Counted from the stretch's first letter, positions 24,700-38,984 are shown. The stretch: 64,000 bases of DNA from Balanoglossus misakiensis (GCA_040954595.2 CM082578.2:3888831-3952830), one strand, 5' to 3'. Translations and numbers: made by a program. The notes: generated from the letters alone by a model not told the origin.

Positions 24700-26820
24700 T
24701 AAGGCTTAAATCCTGACCCCTGTATGACCTAACATTCTGGCATTCACATTAGAATGTGCTCAGACAAATCTCAGATCTGAGTGAAATTTTCTTTAAAAAT
24801 CATTTCCACTATTTAGCAATATCAAGTCCAAGTACGATAGGCATACATGAATGAATTTGCACAGACATACACAAATACACGGACACCCCAACATCTACTG
24901 TGTACAACCAAATAAGGCTTCAGACCTGACCCTTAATGACCCGACATTTTCCCATTTACGTTGCAATCAACCAAATCTGAATAAAATTTCACTTCAAAAT
25001 CATTTCCACTATTTAGCAATATCAAGTCTAAGTACGATAGGCATACATGTATGAATTTGCACAGACATACACAAATACACGGACACCCCAACATCCACCG
25101 TGTACAACCAAATAAGGCTTCAGACCTGACCCTGAATGACCCGGACATTTTCCCATTTACGTTGCAATGTACTCAGCCAAATCTGAATAAAATTTCACTT
25201 CAAAATCATTTCCACTATTTAGCAATATTAAGTCTAAGTACGATAGGCATACATGTATGAATTTGCACAGACATACACAAATACACGGACACCCCAACAT
25301 CCACCGTGTACAACCAAATAAGGCTTCAGACCTGACCCTGAATGACCCGACATTTTCCCATTTACGCTGCAATGTACTCAGCCAAATCTGAATAAAATTT
25401 CACTTCAAAATCATTTCCACTATTTAGCAATTTCAAGTCCAAGTACGATAGGCATACATGTATGAATTTGCATAGACATAAACAAATACACGGATACCCC
25501 AACATCAACTGTGTACAACCAAATAAGGCTTCAGACCTGACCCTGAATGACCCGACATTTTCCCATTTACGTTGCAATGTACTCAGACAAATGTGAATAA
25601 AATTTCACTTCAAAACCATTTCCACCAGTTAGCAATATCAAGTCCAAGTACGATAGGCATACATGTATGAATTTGCACACACATAAACAAATACACGGAC
25701 ACCCCAACATCCACTGTGTACAACCAAATAAGGCTTCAGACCTGACCCTGAATGACCCGACATTTTCCCATTTACGTTGCAATGTACTCAGACAAATTTG
25801 AATAAAATTTCACTTCAAAATCATTTCCACTATTTAGCAATATCAAGTCCAAGTACGATAGGCATACATGTATGAATTTGCACACACATAAACAAATACA
25901 CGGACACCCCAACATCCACTGTGTACAACCAAATAAGGCTTCAGACCTGACCCTGAATGACCCGACATTTTCCCATTTACGTTGCAATGTACTCAGCCAA
26001 ATCTGAATAAAATTTCACTTCAAAACCATTTCCACTATTTAGCAATATCAAGTCCAAGTACGATAGGCATACATGTATGAATTTGCATAGACATAAACAA
26101 ATACACAGACACCCCAACATCAACCGTGTACAACCAAATAAGGCTTCAGACCTGACCCTGAATGACCCGACATTTTCCCATTTACGTTGCAATGTACTCA
26201 GACAAATTTGAATAAAATTTCACTTCAAAACCATTTCTACCAGTTAGCAATATCAAGTCCAAGTACGATAGGCATACATGTATGAATTTGCACACACATA
26301 AACAAATACACGGACACCCCAACATCCACCATGTACAATCAAATAAGGCTTCAGACCTGACCCTGAATGACCCGACATTTTCCCATTTACGTTGCAATGT
26401 ACTCAGACAAATGTGAATAAAATTTCACTTCAAAATCATTTCCACTATTTAGCAATATCAAGTCCAAGTACGATAGGCATACATGTATGAATTTGCATAG
26501 ACATAAACAAATACACGGACACCCCAACATCAACCGTGTACAACCAAATAAGGCTTCAGACCTGACCCTGAATGACCCGACATTTTCCCATTTACGTTGC
26601 AATGTACTCAGCCAAATCTGAATAAAATTTCACTTCAAAACCATTTCCACCAGTTAGCAATATCAAGTCCAAGTACGATAGGCATACATGTATGAATTTG
26701 CACACACATAAACAAATACACGGACACCCCAACATCCACCGTGTACAATCAAATAAGGCTTCAGACCTGACCCTGAATGACCCGACATTTTCTCATTTTC
26801 ATTATGTACTCATACAAATC
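24700..26820. repeat. 205-bp tandem satellite, ~10 copies, upstream of the transposase-A main exon
   Basis: Unit containing aaataaggcttcagacctgaccctgaatgacccgac; the 205 period is echoed by the recurring 71-aa ORFs (25157, 25362, 25567...). Edge units are degenerate. Confidence 0.95.
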
Positions 26821-27297
26821 ACAAACGATTGTTATAGACCTGATTTACACTTAACAATTTAATATACAAGTTCAATAACAAGGCAGGGATATCAAGAAAC
26901 ATACATCATACCAATGTTTTATTGAAGCCACTATTGTAAGAAATGGCACTATCCAATGGTCTTAACACCACATAGCACAACGATTGTTCTGCACATACAA
27001 GTCCCTTCCTTTCTGATGTATTCAATAAACACCATTTCTATGAACTATTACAATATGTTTTTTCTTCCGTCACCCCTGAATAACAAATTCAAAGAAATGG
27101 GCTAGTGCTTTTACATGTTAACAGACGGTGCATGGAAGTGGACAATCATCATATCTGATATTAAACCATAGTGTGACTGATAGTAGAACTAAGCAATTCC
27201 TCCGCAAATGATTTAAAAGACTAATTCACATTTGACACAATGCACACCTGAGTGTGTTAATCTATGATACTATGCACTGTTGGGCACCAACACTCAC

Positions 27298-27323
27298 CTT
27301 GAAAACTCTTTGGTAGCCAAAAT
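27298..27323 (-). other. Predicted 26-nt micro-exon of the transposase-A transcript
   Basis: Minus strand: tattattttcttgacag|attttggctaccaaagagttttcaag|gtgagt; same length as and similar to 40005-40030. Confidence 0.6.
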
Positions 27324-30300
27324 CTGTCAAGAAAATAATAAATAATAATTAATAACTAATTAACTATAAATGTATATTTAAACTAGTACATGAAAATATA
27401 CAATTGCCTACAAACAGGATAACAATTAACAATGAATTCACTGCCAAGCTTTTGATATTCAGAAATTCATATCTTGATCACAGTTTCCATACAAATGGCA
27501 CATACAGGTTACCACAGATTGATAACATAACTTGTCTTGCCCACAACATAGTTTCATGGCATCAAAATATGTTTACAAGTCAACTGTTCTTTTCATGCTC
27601 CTGCCAGATTCCATTGTCTATGTTTTGGCACACCTGTCACCACCAGAAAGCATACACACTAAAGACAGTGGTCACCAAAAATATTTGGCCAATTCTCCGC
27701 TTGTCCCCACATTTTTACAAACAACTAAAACGTCAAATAATCCAGCAATGTTTCTGTTTTGTACTCACACAGATTGTTCAATATTTGAAGCAAAATTCCT
27801 TTCAATTATCAAAAAACAAATCGATTTAACTGATAAAAATTACAATGATAACCCCTGGGCTTTTGATCACATAAACATACAATATTCACAGAAATAAATG
27901 CAGTATTTACGTATTTGGAAAAGCCAATCCATAAATATCACACAGTTTATTTTTTTTTACAAATACACATCCCAGAAATAATACTTTACCAACGCTTGTA
28001 CGTAACATACGCATGACACACCGATCGCCCGAATTCAACACTTCCGGTCACGAGATTCGCTTGCCTAAACCCTTTCCTGTCTAAATAATCATTTGTACAT
28101 TGACTGCAAAAAGAAGCTTATCTCGTAATTTCAACTTGAATGGAACGCACTAGAAACTCTGATTTACCCAGCCTCTAATTGTTCTATTTAATCCAGCAAA
28201 CTCCACCATCTCAACATATATAACATTTGCCAAAACATGCATGCTTACGGTATCATGGATTCTTTACATACAGTATTAAAGCAATCTCGACACGTTACGA
28301 TAGCCGCCATATTGGAATTCGCTCGAGACGAAAATACAAAACATCTTACAAAACTGCCATCGTCTCACAAACAAACAAAATCACACTACCATTGGTTAAA
28401 CAACAACTTCATAACCAACATCACCAAGTATTATACGTTCAAACCACCGATTCTCTCATTCGAACCACATTTAAAAACTGCATGTAATTGTATACGTGTT
28501 ACTCACCGGATTCAGGTCAACGCCTCTGCTGGAGTCAGATTCGTTTTCGGATTCAAGTGCGTAGGATGAAGTTGCTTTCAGATTCATACCCCAAAGACGT
28601 GTTGGGTTAACACTCTGTTTATACAGCTCAATATATTGGTATATCTATACTACATCCTCTTCACAGTTAACGAATGTAATATACAGATCTGTTCACTTAA
28701 TTAAAGATATGTTTATAGCCAAACAAATACCTCTGTCAAAACTTTCACTGATTCAGATGAAAATTTTCAACTATTTACAACCAATCCACACATCACTTGT
28801 GACTAATTAACCAATCACATAATGTGTCCATTCTAACTTTGTATTTCGCCCTCAACTACTGCATGTGTAATGATGCATGTGGATTAGTGTGTAATCATAA
28901 TAGTTTGTAGTCTACCTTTTACCCATCATTTTTGTAATTGGACATTATGCTGTCCATGTTCCAGTTTTTTTGCCACAATTTTTACTAAGTTTGCGTAGAA
29001 CATTGTGATTGGTCGAAGATTATGGCGGCCATATTGGATTTTCGAAAAACCATAGTAAAACTCTAACAATCTTCTCCAGAACTGGAGATAACTGAGTCGC
29101 AAGATTCGGGGAGTATGGTCATTACACTGATGTCTATCAGGTTTGCAAAGAGCATTGTGATTGGTCGAAAAATATGGCGGCCATATTGGAGTTTGTAAAA
29201 AGCAGTGAAAAATTGAAATTCCTTTTTCTAGTCTAAACATTGATAGCATGCAAATTCTTTTTATGGATATCAATCGTCATATGACTAAAATATGTTACAA
29301 ATTTTTGGCGATTTTTCACCTGACCTTTGACCTACTTTTCACACATTATTATTTCTGCATATCTATTTCCAGGCTAACCTATAGGGATGCATATATAGCT
29401 CATTCTACCTGTTCTAAATGCACCAGAGTTCTGATTTTTGTGCACATTGGTATCACCCCTGCCAGGACCTACCCCAAATATTTTGGTAATTTTGGCAATG
29501 ATTTTTGACCGTGACATGGCGGCCATATTGGATTTTCTGAAAAAATGCAAATCTCAGATCTCAGAAACTACAAGTCAGATTTACTTCAGATTTGGTGTGC
29601 TGGTAGTTTACCTTCTGCCCATCATTTTTGTAATTGGATATTTTGCTGTCAATGTTGCAGTTTTTTTGCTACAGTTGTTTTCTGAAATCTGGCTTAAATT
29701 TCAAAAATCTTCTTCTCCAGAACCGGTGATAACCGAGACACGGGGTTTGGGGTATGTGGTGACCAAACTGAGGTCTATCAAGTTTGCGAAGATCATTGTG
29801 ATTGGTCGAAGATTATGGCGGCCATATTGGATTTTCGAAAAACCCTAGTAAAATTTCAAAAATCTTCTTCTCAAGAACCAGCGATAACTGAGTCACAAGA
29901 TTTGGTGTGTGTGGTCATTAAACAGATGTCTATCAAGTTTGCGAAGGTGAATGTGATTGGTCGAAGATTATGGCGGCCATATTGGATTTTGTGAAAAACG
30001 ATTAAAAAGTAAAAATTCCCTTTCTAGCCTAAAAATTGATAGCACAGAAATTCTTTTTATGGATATGAATCATCATATGCCAAGAATAAGCTATAAATAT
30101 TTTGGTAATTTTGGCAATGACCTTTGACCTACTTTTGACGCATCATTTTTCTGCATATCTAATTCCAGGCTAACCAATAGGGCTATAAGTTTGGTTTTTG
30201 ATGTATGTGGATTTGTATGCGATCAAAAATTTTGCTACTTTTCATGACCCCTTTGACCTCTGCTGACCTCATTAAATATGCACATACCTAATTAATGATG

Positions 30301-30792
30301 AACCAATAGACCTAGATGTTTTGTTTTTGTTGGACAGGACAAGAATGGGGTCAAAATTTTTTACCCAAATGTTGGGTGACCTCTGGTGACCTTTGACCTA
30401 CTTTCGCATATCTCAGCATCCACAGCAGATACAGCCTTGGCGTTTTGAGGTATGGGGCCATAATGAAAAGCCAAAGTTTTGGGTCACCTGTGACACCTGC
30501 TTTACTCATTATTTATGTGCATACCTAATTCCAGGCTAAACAAAAGGGCTAGAGGTGTGGTTTTTGTTGGACATGGACCACTATAGGTCAAAATATTCTG
30601 CCCAAATTGTGGGTGACCCCTGGGTGACCTTTGACCTACTTAACACTGTATCAGCACCAAACATAGATATAACCTTGATATTTCATGGGATAAAACACAG
30701 CATTATGTTTCTACTCATTAATTATGTGCATATCTAATAATCTGATCAGATAATAGAGCTTGGGCCCGGACAATGCTGCTTGCAGCTTTAAT

Positions 30793-33663
30793 CTGTCTTT
30801 CCTTCTTTCTTTCTTCTTTCTTTATTCTTCTGTCAATTCTTTGTCGCTCTAGATCTCAGACACCACTGCAGGTACAGTTCTCAAACTTGCTACAGTGGTC
30901 AAGGTCAATGAGGAGTCGTGCATTGAACCCATGAATTTTTAATTAGTCACATGACCTGGCGGCCATCTTGGATTTTCTGAAAAAATGCAAATCTCAGATC
31001 TCAGAAACTACAAGTCAGATCGACTTCAAATTTGGCGTGCAGGTAGACTACCTTCTGTCAAACATTTTTGTAATTGGAAATTATGCTGTCAATGTTGCAG
31101 TTTTTTTGCTACAATTTTTTTTCTGAAATCTGGCTTAAATTTCAAAAATCTTCTTCTCCAGAACCGGTGATAACCGAGACACGGGGTTTGGGGTATGTGG
31201 TCACCTAACTGATGTCTATCAAGTTTGCGAAGATCATTGTGATTGGTCGAAGATTATGGCGGCCATATTGGATTTTCGAAAAACCCTAGTAAAATGTCAA
31301 AAATCTTCTTCTCGAGAACCGGGGATAACCGAGCCACAAGATTTTGTGTGTGTGGTCATTCAACAGATGTCTATCAAGTTTGCGAAGAGGAATGTGATTG
31401 GTCGAAGATTATGGCGGCCATATTGGATTTTGTGAAAAACGATTAAAAAGTAAAAATTCCCTTTCTAGCCTAAAAATTGATAGCACAGAAATTCTTTTTA
31501 TGGATATGAATCATCATATGACAAGAATAAGCTATAAATATTTTGGTAATTTTGGCAATGACCTTTGACCTACTTTTGACGAATCATTTTTCTGCATATC
31601 TAATTCCAGGCTAACCAATAGGGCTATAAGTTTGTTTTATGATGTATGTGGATTTGTATGTGATCAAAAAATTTTGCTACTTTTCATGACCCCTTTGACC
31701 TCTGGTGACCTCATTAAATATGCGCTTACCTAATTAATGATAAACCAATAGACCTAGAGGTTTTGTTTTTGTTATACATGGACCAGTATGGGGTCAAAAT
31801 ATTTTGCCCAAATGTTGGGTGACCTCGGGTGACCTTTGACCTACTTTTGCATATCTCGACATCCACAGCAGATACAGCCTTGGTGTTTGGAGGTATGGGG
31901 CCATAATGAAAAGCCAAAGTTTTGGGTCACCTGTGACACCTGCTTAACTCATTATTTATGTGCATACCTAATTCCGGGCTAACCAAAAGGGCTAGAGGTC
32001 TGGTTTTTGTTGGACATGGACGACTATGGGTCAAAATTTTCTGCCAAAATTATGGGTGACCTCTGGGTGACCTTTGACCTACTTAACACTATATCAACAC
32101 CAAACATAGATATAACCTTGATATTTCATGGAATAAAACACAGCATTATGTTTCTACTCATTAATTATGTGCATATCTAATAATCAGATCAGATAATAGA
32201 GCTTGGGCCCGGACAATGCTGCTTGCAGCTTTAATCTTTCTTTCTTTCTTTATTCTTCTGTCAATTCTTTGTCGCTCTAGATCTCAGACACCGCTGCAGG
32301 TACACTTCTGAAACTTGCTACAGTGGTCAAGGTCAATGAGTAGTCGTGCATTGAACCCTTGAATTTTTAATTAGTCACGTGACCTGGCGGCCATATTGGA
32401 TTTTCTGAAAAAATGCAAATCTCAGATCTCAGAAACTACACGTCAGATCTACTTCAAATTTGGTGTGCTGGTAGTCTACCTTCTACCCATCATTTTTGTA
32501 ATTGGATATTTTGCTGTAAATGTTGCAGTTTTTTTGCTACAATTTTTTTTCTGAAATCTGGCTTAAATTTCAAAAATCTTCTTCTCCAGAACCGGTGATA
32601 ACCGAGTCACGCGGTTTGGGGTATGTGGTCACCTAACTGATGTCTATCAAGTTTGCGAAGATCATTGTGATTGGTCGAAGATTATGGCGGCCATATTGGA
32701 TTTTCGAAAAACCATAGTAAAACTTCAAAAATCTTCTTCTCAAGAACGGGCAATAACCGAGTCACAAGATTTGGTGTGTGTGGTCATTAAACAGATGTCT
32801 ATCAAGTTTGCGAAGGGGAATGTGATTGGTCGAAGATTATGGCGGCCATATTGGATTTTGTGAAAAACGATTAAAAAGTAAAAATTCCTTTTCTAGCCTA
32901 AAAATTGATAGCACAGAAATACTTTTTATAGATATGAATCATCATATGACAAGAATAAGCTATAAATATTTTGGTAATTTTGGCAATGACCTTTGACCTA
33001 CTTTTGACGAATCATTTTTCTGCATATCTAATTCCAGGCTAACCAATAGGGCTATAAGTTTGTTTTTTGATGTATGTGGATTTGTATGTGATCAAAAAAT
33101 TTTGCTACTTTTCATGACCCCTTTGACCTCTGGTGACCTCATTAAATATGCGCTTACCTAATTAATGATGAACCAATAGACCTAGAGGTTTTGTTTTTGT
33201 TATACATAGACCAGTATGGGGTCAAAATATTTTGCCCAAATGTTGGGTGACCTCGGGTGACCTTTGACCTACTTTTGCATATCTCGACATCCACAGCAGA
33301 TACAGCCTTGGTGTTTGGAGGTATGGGGCCATAATGAAAAGCCAAAGTTTTGGGTCACCTGTGACACCTGCTTAACTCATTATTTATGTGCATACCTAAT
33401 TCCGGGCTAACCAAAAGGGCTAGAGGTCTGGTTTTTGTTGGACATGGACGACTATGGGTCAAAATTTTCTGCCAAAATTATGGGTGACCTCTGGGTGACC
33501 TTTGACCTACTTAACACTATATCAACACCAAACATAGATATAACCTTGATATTTCATGGAATAAAACACAGCATTATGTTTCTACTCATTAATTATATGC
33601 ATATCTAATAATCAGATCAGATAATAGAGCTTGGGCCCGGACAATGCTGCTTGCAGCTTTAAT
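30793..33663 (+). mobile_element. Two family-A non-autonomous bodies with right ends but no adjacent left ends
   Basis: Right ends at 32201-32235 and 33629-33663; each body starts directly in the CTTT tract. Confidence 0.8.
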
Positions 33664-36253
33664 CTTTCTTTCTTTCTTTCTTTATTCTTGTGTCAATTCT
33701 TTGTCGCTCTAGATCTCAGACACCACTGCAGGTACACTTCTCAAACTTGCTACAGTGGTCAAGGTCATTGAGTAGATGTGCATTGTACCCTTGAATTTTT
33801 AATTAGTCACGTGACCTGGCGGCCATATTAGATTTTCTGAAAAAATGCAAATCTCAGATCTCAGAAACTACAAGTCAGATCGACTTCAAACTTGGTGTGC
33901 TGGTAGTCTACCTTCTACCCATCATTTTTGTAATTGGATATTTTGCTGTCAATGTTGCAGTTTTTTTGCTACAGTTGTTTTTCTGAAATCTGGTCAAACT
34001 TTCAAAAATCTTCTTCTCCAGAACCGGCGATAACCGAGTCACGCGGTTTGAGGTATGTGGTCACCAAACTGAGGTCTATCAAGTTTGCGAAGATCATTGT
34101 GATTGGTCGAAGATTATGGCGGCCATATTGGATTTTCGAAAAACCCTAGTAAAATTACAAAAATCTTCTTCTCAAGAACCGGCGATAACCGAGTCACAAG
34201 ATTTGGTGTGTGTGGTCATTAAACAGATGTCTATCAAGTTTGCGAAGATCAGTGTGATTGGTCGAAGATTTTGGCGGCCATATTGGATTTTGTGAACAAC
34301 GATTAAAAAGTAAAAATTCCGTTTCTAGCCTAAAAATTGATAGCACAGAAATTCTTTTTATGGATATGAATCATCATATGACAAGAATAAGCTATAAATA
34401 TTTTGGTAATTTTGGCAATGACCTTTGACCTACTTTTGACGCATCATTTTTCTGCATATCTAATTCCAGGCTAACCAATAGGGCTATAAGTTTGGTTTTT
34501 GATGTATGTGGTTTTGTATGTGATCAAAAATTTTTGCTACTTTTCATGACCCCTTTGACCTCTGCTGACCTCATTAAATATGCGCATACCTAATTACAGA
34601 TGAACCAAATGACCTAGAGGTTTGTTTTTTTTGGACATGGATCAGTATGGGGTCAAAATATTTTGCCTAAATGTTGGATGACCTCGGGTGACCTTTGACC
34701 TACTTTTGCATATCTCGACATCCACAGCAGATACAGCCTTGGCGTTTGGAGGTATGGGGCCATAATGAAAAGCCAAAGTTTTGGGTCACCTGTGACACCT
34801 GCTTAACTCATTAAGTATGCGCATACCTAATTACAGACGAACAAATAGATCTAGAGTTTTTGTTTTTTTTGGACATGGACCAGTATTTGGTCAAAGAATT
34901 TTGGGTGACCTCAGTGACCTTTTACCTACTTTCTCATATCTTGGCATCCACTGCAGGTACAGGCTTAGCATTTGGAGGGATGGAACACCTCACCGAATCC
35001 CACAATTTACCCCATTAATTATTTACATATATAATTCCAAGCGAACCAATAGGGCTAGAGGTGTGTTTTTGTTGAATTCAAAAGTTTTTGCCCAAATTTT
35101 GGATGAACCGGGGTGACTTTTAACCTACTTTACCATATCTCGGCACCAACAGTAGCTACAGCCTTGTCCTTTCGAGGGATGGGATCAAAATTAAAAGGCA
35201 AATTTTGGGGTCACCTGTGACACCTGCTTGACTCATTAATTACGTGCATACCTGATTCCAGGCCTACCAAATGGAATAGAGGTCTGGTTTTTGTTGAACA
35301 TGGACCAATATGGGGTCACAATCTTTTGCCAAAATTTAGGGTGACCTGACCTGACCTTTACAGGAGTTACATCCTTTGTTTTTTGAGGGATGGGACAAAA
35401 ATGAAAAGCTAAATTTTGGGTTAATCTGTGACACCTTCTTAACCTCATTAATTATGCACATACCTAATTCCAGGCTAACCAACACAGCTAGCAGTTCCGT
35501 TTCAGTTGGGCATGGACCAGTATGGCATCAAAATATTTTGGAGCAATTTTTTTGTGAACTTTGACCTAATTTTACAAATCTCGGCATCCAGGACAGATAC
35601 CGCTTTACTCATGTTGTCAGACACCTTACCACATTAAATTTTACGCTGACCAATAGTGGCAGAAGGGAAGCTGGGACCAGTATGGGACCAAATTTTTGAC
35701 AAATTTTTGGGTAACCTTGGGATGACCTTTTAGTTTTCATTATCATGATATGTTGAAACACTTAATGCGTTCTTATACTTCACCTCCTTATTTTGCCTAC
35801 TACAAATAGTATCCTTAAAAATAAGAGGGCTTACATGTTTTGTGTTTTGGATCTCCACTAGTATGTGACAACATTATTTGAGAAATATTTGTGTATTAGA
35901 CCTTCAAGTTTTCTTTATCTTGGTATCCGGAAAATCTACCAAACCAGATAGATTGTACAGAGTACAGAGAGACACGAAAGTCAGACGTGGACATTTTGTT
36001 TTAAGTGGTCAGCGACCTATAATGTAGACTAAAATAAAGAGATGACTACAGTAAAAGGCTTATGTTAAAAAGCAATGATTCAACTTACAGGTTTATCTGA
36101 AGCACATAAAACAAATGGTTGACATCAGTTGAGGTTGGTTTTTGTTATTGCAAGAAACTAAACAAACACAGATTACAATTGTTCACAGTTTTAAGCAATT
36201 ATATCCAGCTGACAATGGCCAAGTATAATAATAACTAATAATAATAACTAAAT
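33664..36253 (+). mobile_element. Second long family-A copy, part before the 26-kb insertion
   Basis: Colinear with ~9560-12448, including the non-repetitive stretch ~11830-12448 = ~35610-36253. Confidence 0.8.
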
Positions 36254-37541
36254 AATTAAAGCTGCAAGCAGCGTTGGCGGGGCACAAGCGGTTCCCATGG
36301 TGACCAGCAAATGCCACGGCTGTATCTGCTGGGGATACCAAGATATGGGAAAGTAGGTCAAAGGTCACCTGAGGTCACCCCAAATTTGGGGAAAACAGTT
36401 TGACACTGTACAGGTCCATGTCCACCAAAAACCCAACCTCTAGCTTGTGGTTAGCTTGGAATGAAATATGTGCATAATTAATGAGGTATTGTGTAAGACT
36501 CCATTATGTGCTCAAATTCCCCAAATGCCAGGGCTTTATCTGTTCTGGTACCCATGTCCACAATAATCAAACATATACCTGCATTTGTTGGTGTAGTATA
36601 TTAGACATGTGCATATAATTAAAAAAGCGCTGAAACAATGTGAAAATTGGAGTGCAAAGTTTGCTTCTATACCTATTCAGGCTATTCAAATACCAAATTA
36701 AATTGTGCCTGCATGTGTTCATAAACGTTTAAATATGCTTGACATCCATTAGTGGTATGAACTTTCGCTCGTTCACTCGTACAACTATTTTGGTGTTTTT
36801 ATTATTAGCTCTTTTGTTGATGATGATGACATTAAGTGACAAATGCGTTAAATATGTATTTGTGACAACTTTCTTTCAAGAATAGTTGTTCACTGTTCTA
36901 CCCAGGTGAATACGAGACTATTTCAGTCATTTTGCAGAAATTTATACTGCTTCCAGCTGTGGTCTATCTTTACAGGTACTAACAACAATTTCCGTGCCCA
37001 ATAACAATTGTTTCAGAAGGCTGAATGTTTATGCCTGTACATATATAAATTCACCACAGTGCATACACTGGAGAAATATTTTAAACTCATTTCTGTATTG
37101 AAAACCTTTTGGACGGTGCATACATGTATCTGTGTCATGTATATTTTTCTATAACCTTACCTGATTCAAATAAATGAAATGAACATCATAAAAGCAGACC
37201 TTTTTGGTAGCTTAATCATAAAATAAGGGATGATCATAATAATTGGAATTCAATAAGGTCAGGTTCATCCAAAATAAGTTTCAGTGCCACATACATAGTG
37301 CAAAGTCCATGAACTGCCAATTTGCCCACCCACTGTATATATAGGCTCCTATACCGCTCAGCGCCACCAACAGAAGAATGGAGAGAAGAGATTTTCATTC
37401 ACGTTGATCTTATCATTAGATGTTTGCACCAAAATATAATAAATGAGCAATGATAACGATGGGGAAATTAATTATATGTTGATTGAAACATAACAGTCAT
37501 CGCAAGTGTAACAACGAACTCGTTTATTTGAACGTCTTGGG

Positions 37542-37632
37542 CGGAAGTGACGTACAAAAGAAAGGCAGAATACCAATGTTTGGGGGCGCTATACCAATTA
37601 CAGCCACACTCTATACTGAACTACTGGTGAGT
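37542..37632 (+). promoter_or_regulatory. Candidate promoter and first exon of transposase B
   Basis: ETS-CRE-like cggaagtgacgt at 37542-37553 in a locally CpG-richer stretch; donor ctg|gtgagt at 37626/37627, and a second donor cag|gtgagt at 37882/37883. Confidence 0.45.
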
Positions 37633-38004
37633 ATTATTTTGTAAAGCCCGTCTTTCGAAAATTAGTTTTAGATAAGCGATCCCGATGTTTCAAGGCACGA
37701 AAGATATATGACACTGTGCGGGAAGATGTTGGGTTATGAGTACTTGATGGCCATCATCGAAGTTTAATTCGATTGTGTGAAATTATTGACGATTCTTTTC
37801 GATCGCTGACACAGCTGCCTAAAAAGTAGGGTTAGGGACTTAGGGTAAAAATAGAATCGCGACCACCACATGCGGTCTGCAGGTGAGTTTGTTTTGGTTC
37901 TTTCTTGAAACGTGCAGCTTTTTGGATGAAATAATACATTACAGAACCCAGCAAAACTGTAAGTATCTGTGCAAATGGTTCGCTATGTAATCGAAGGGAA
38001 ATCC

Positions 38005-38099
38005 TTAGCTGCAATGATTGTAGCGGGTGCTGCTAGGTTGACTGATGCTGCGAACACACCAGTCAACCTAGCAGCACCCGCTACAATCATTGCAGCTAA
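38005..38099. repeat. Perfect 40-bp inverted repeat with 15-nt loop
   Basis: ttagctgcaatgattgtagcgggtgctgctaggttgactg (38005-38044) and its exact reverse complement (38060-38099). Confidence 0.95.
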
Positions 38100-38984
38100 T
38101 AAACACTTTCTCAGTTTTGTACATTTCATATTAGTGTCATTGAGGAAGAAATTGCAGTTATATTAAACCTTGGGAATATGTTCAAGAAGCAACGAATTGT
38201 AGTTTTAGCTGTGAATTGAATAATTCATTTCTATAGTCACTGTCTATTAGAGGTATATGCATAGATTGCAAATAGTATTGCTGGGTATTCTTATGTTGCA
38301 TTTAGACTACAATGCTGCACAAGTAGAATGAACCACAACAAAGTCACCAGGGTGAAGTGTTCATGACATACTGTAAAACAGGTCATTGGCATGACATGAA
38401 ATTTTTGCTATATCAAAAGAAGCAACTGTTACGTGAGGATTAATTTTTGCTTGGTTTCATGTCTGTTCGTGTGCCAGTTTAGTTGAGTGTGTGGCACATA
38501 TGTGAATGTTGGTATATACAGCCTGTGCACAGTGTATATAATTGCACCATGTGATTGCGTGTGTTTGGACCTTTGCACCTCTTTGATGCCTGTCCGTCTG
38601 TGTGCTAGTTCATCAGAGTGTGGATGCGTGTGTGTAGGTATGTCTATGTATCATGTCTTTGCATCTTTTTCTGAATCTTTGTCTGCATGTCTTTGTTGAT
38701 TCATGTATGTCTGGAACTCCTGTCTGTGTGCAAGTTTATCAAAGTGGGTGTGTGTGGCTAGGTATTAGTACTACATGTACCCTTTGTTTATGTCTGGGTG
38801 TGCACTGTCAGCCGTTCTGGATTGGCTGTGTTGTATATGTACATTGAATGATTTTTGTGTCACTATGCATGGTTCTATTGTGTATGCAGAAAACAATGTA
38901 CTTACATGTATTTTGATATGCAGTATTCAGTCTTTGTAAAGGTGTTTGAATGTAAAGTGTGACGATGGGGAATGGGATCACTTA

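Larger units (their letters stand above)
9510..30792 (+). mobile_element. Putative full-length autonomous Helentron, family A copy 1 (~21.3 kb)
   Basis: Left hairpin agggcccaagcgc-atacca-gcgcttgggccct at 9510-9541. The next right end (gcttgggccc + gctgcttgcagc + ttta) is at 30758-30792. Encloses the 17092-24426 ORF, which is antisense to this end orientation. Confidence 0.75.

Noticed and set aside
24851-26602. Series of 67-71 aa ORFs
   Set aside because: By-product of the 205-bp satellite period.
37827-37846. TTAGGG-like repeats
   Set aside because: Only about three imperfect units; not a telomeric array.
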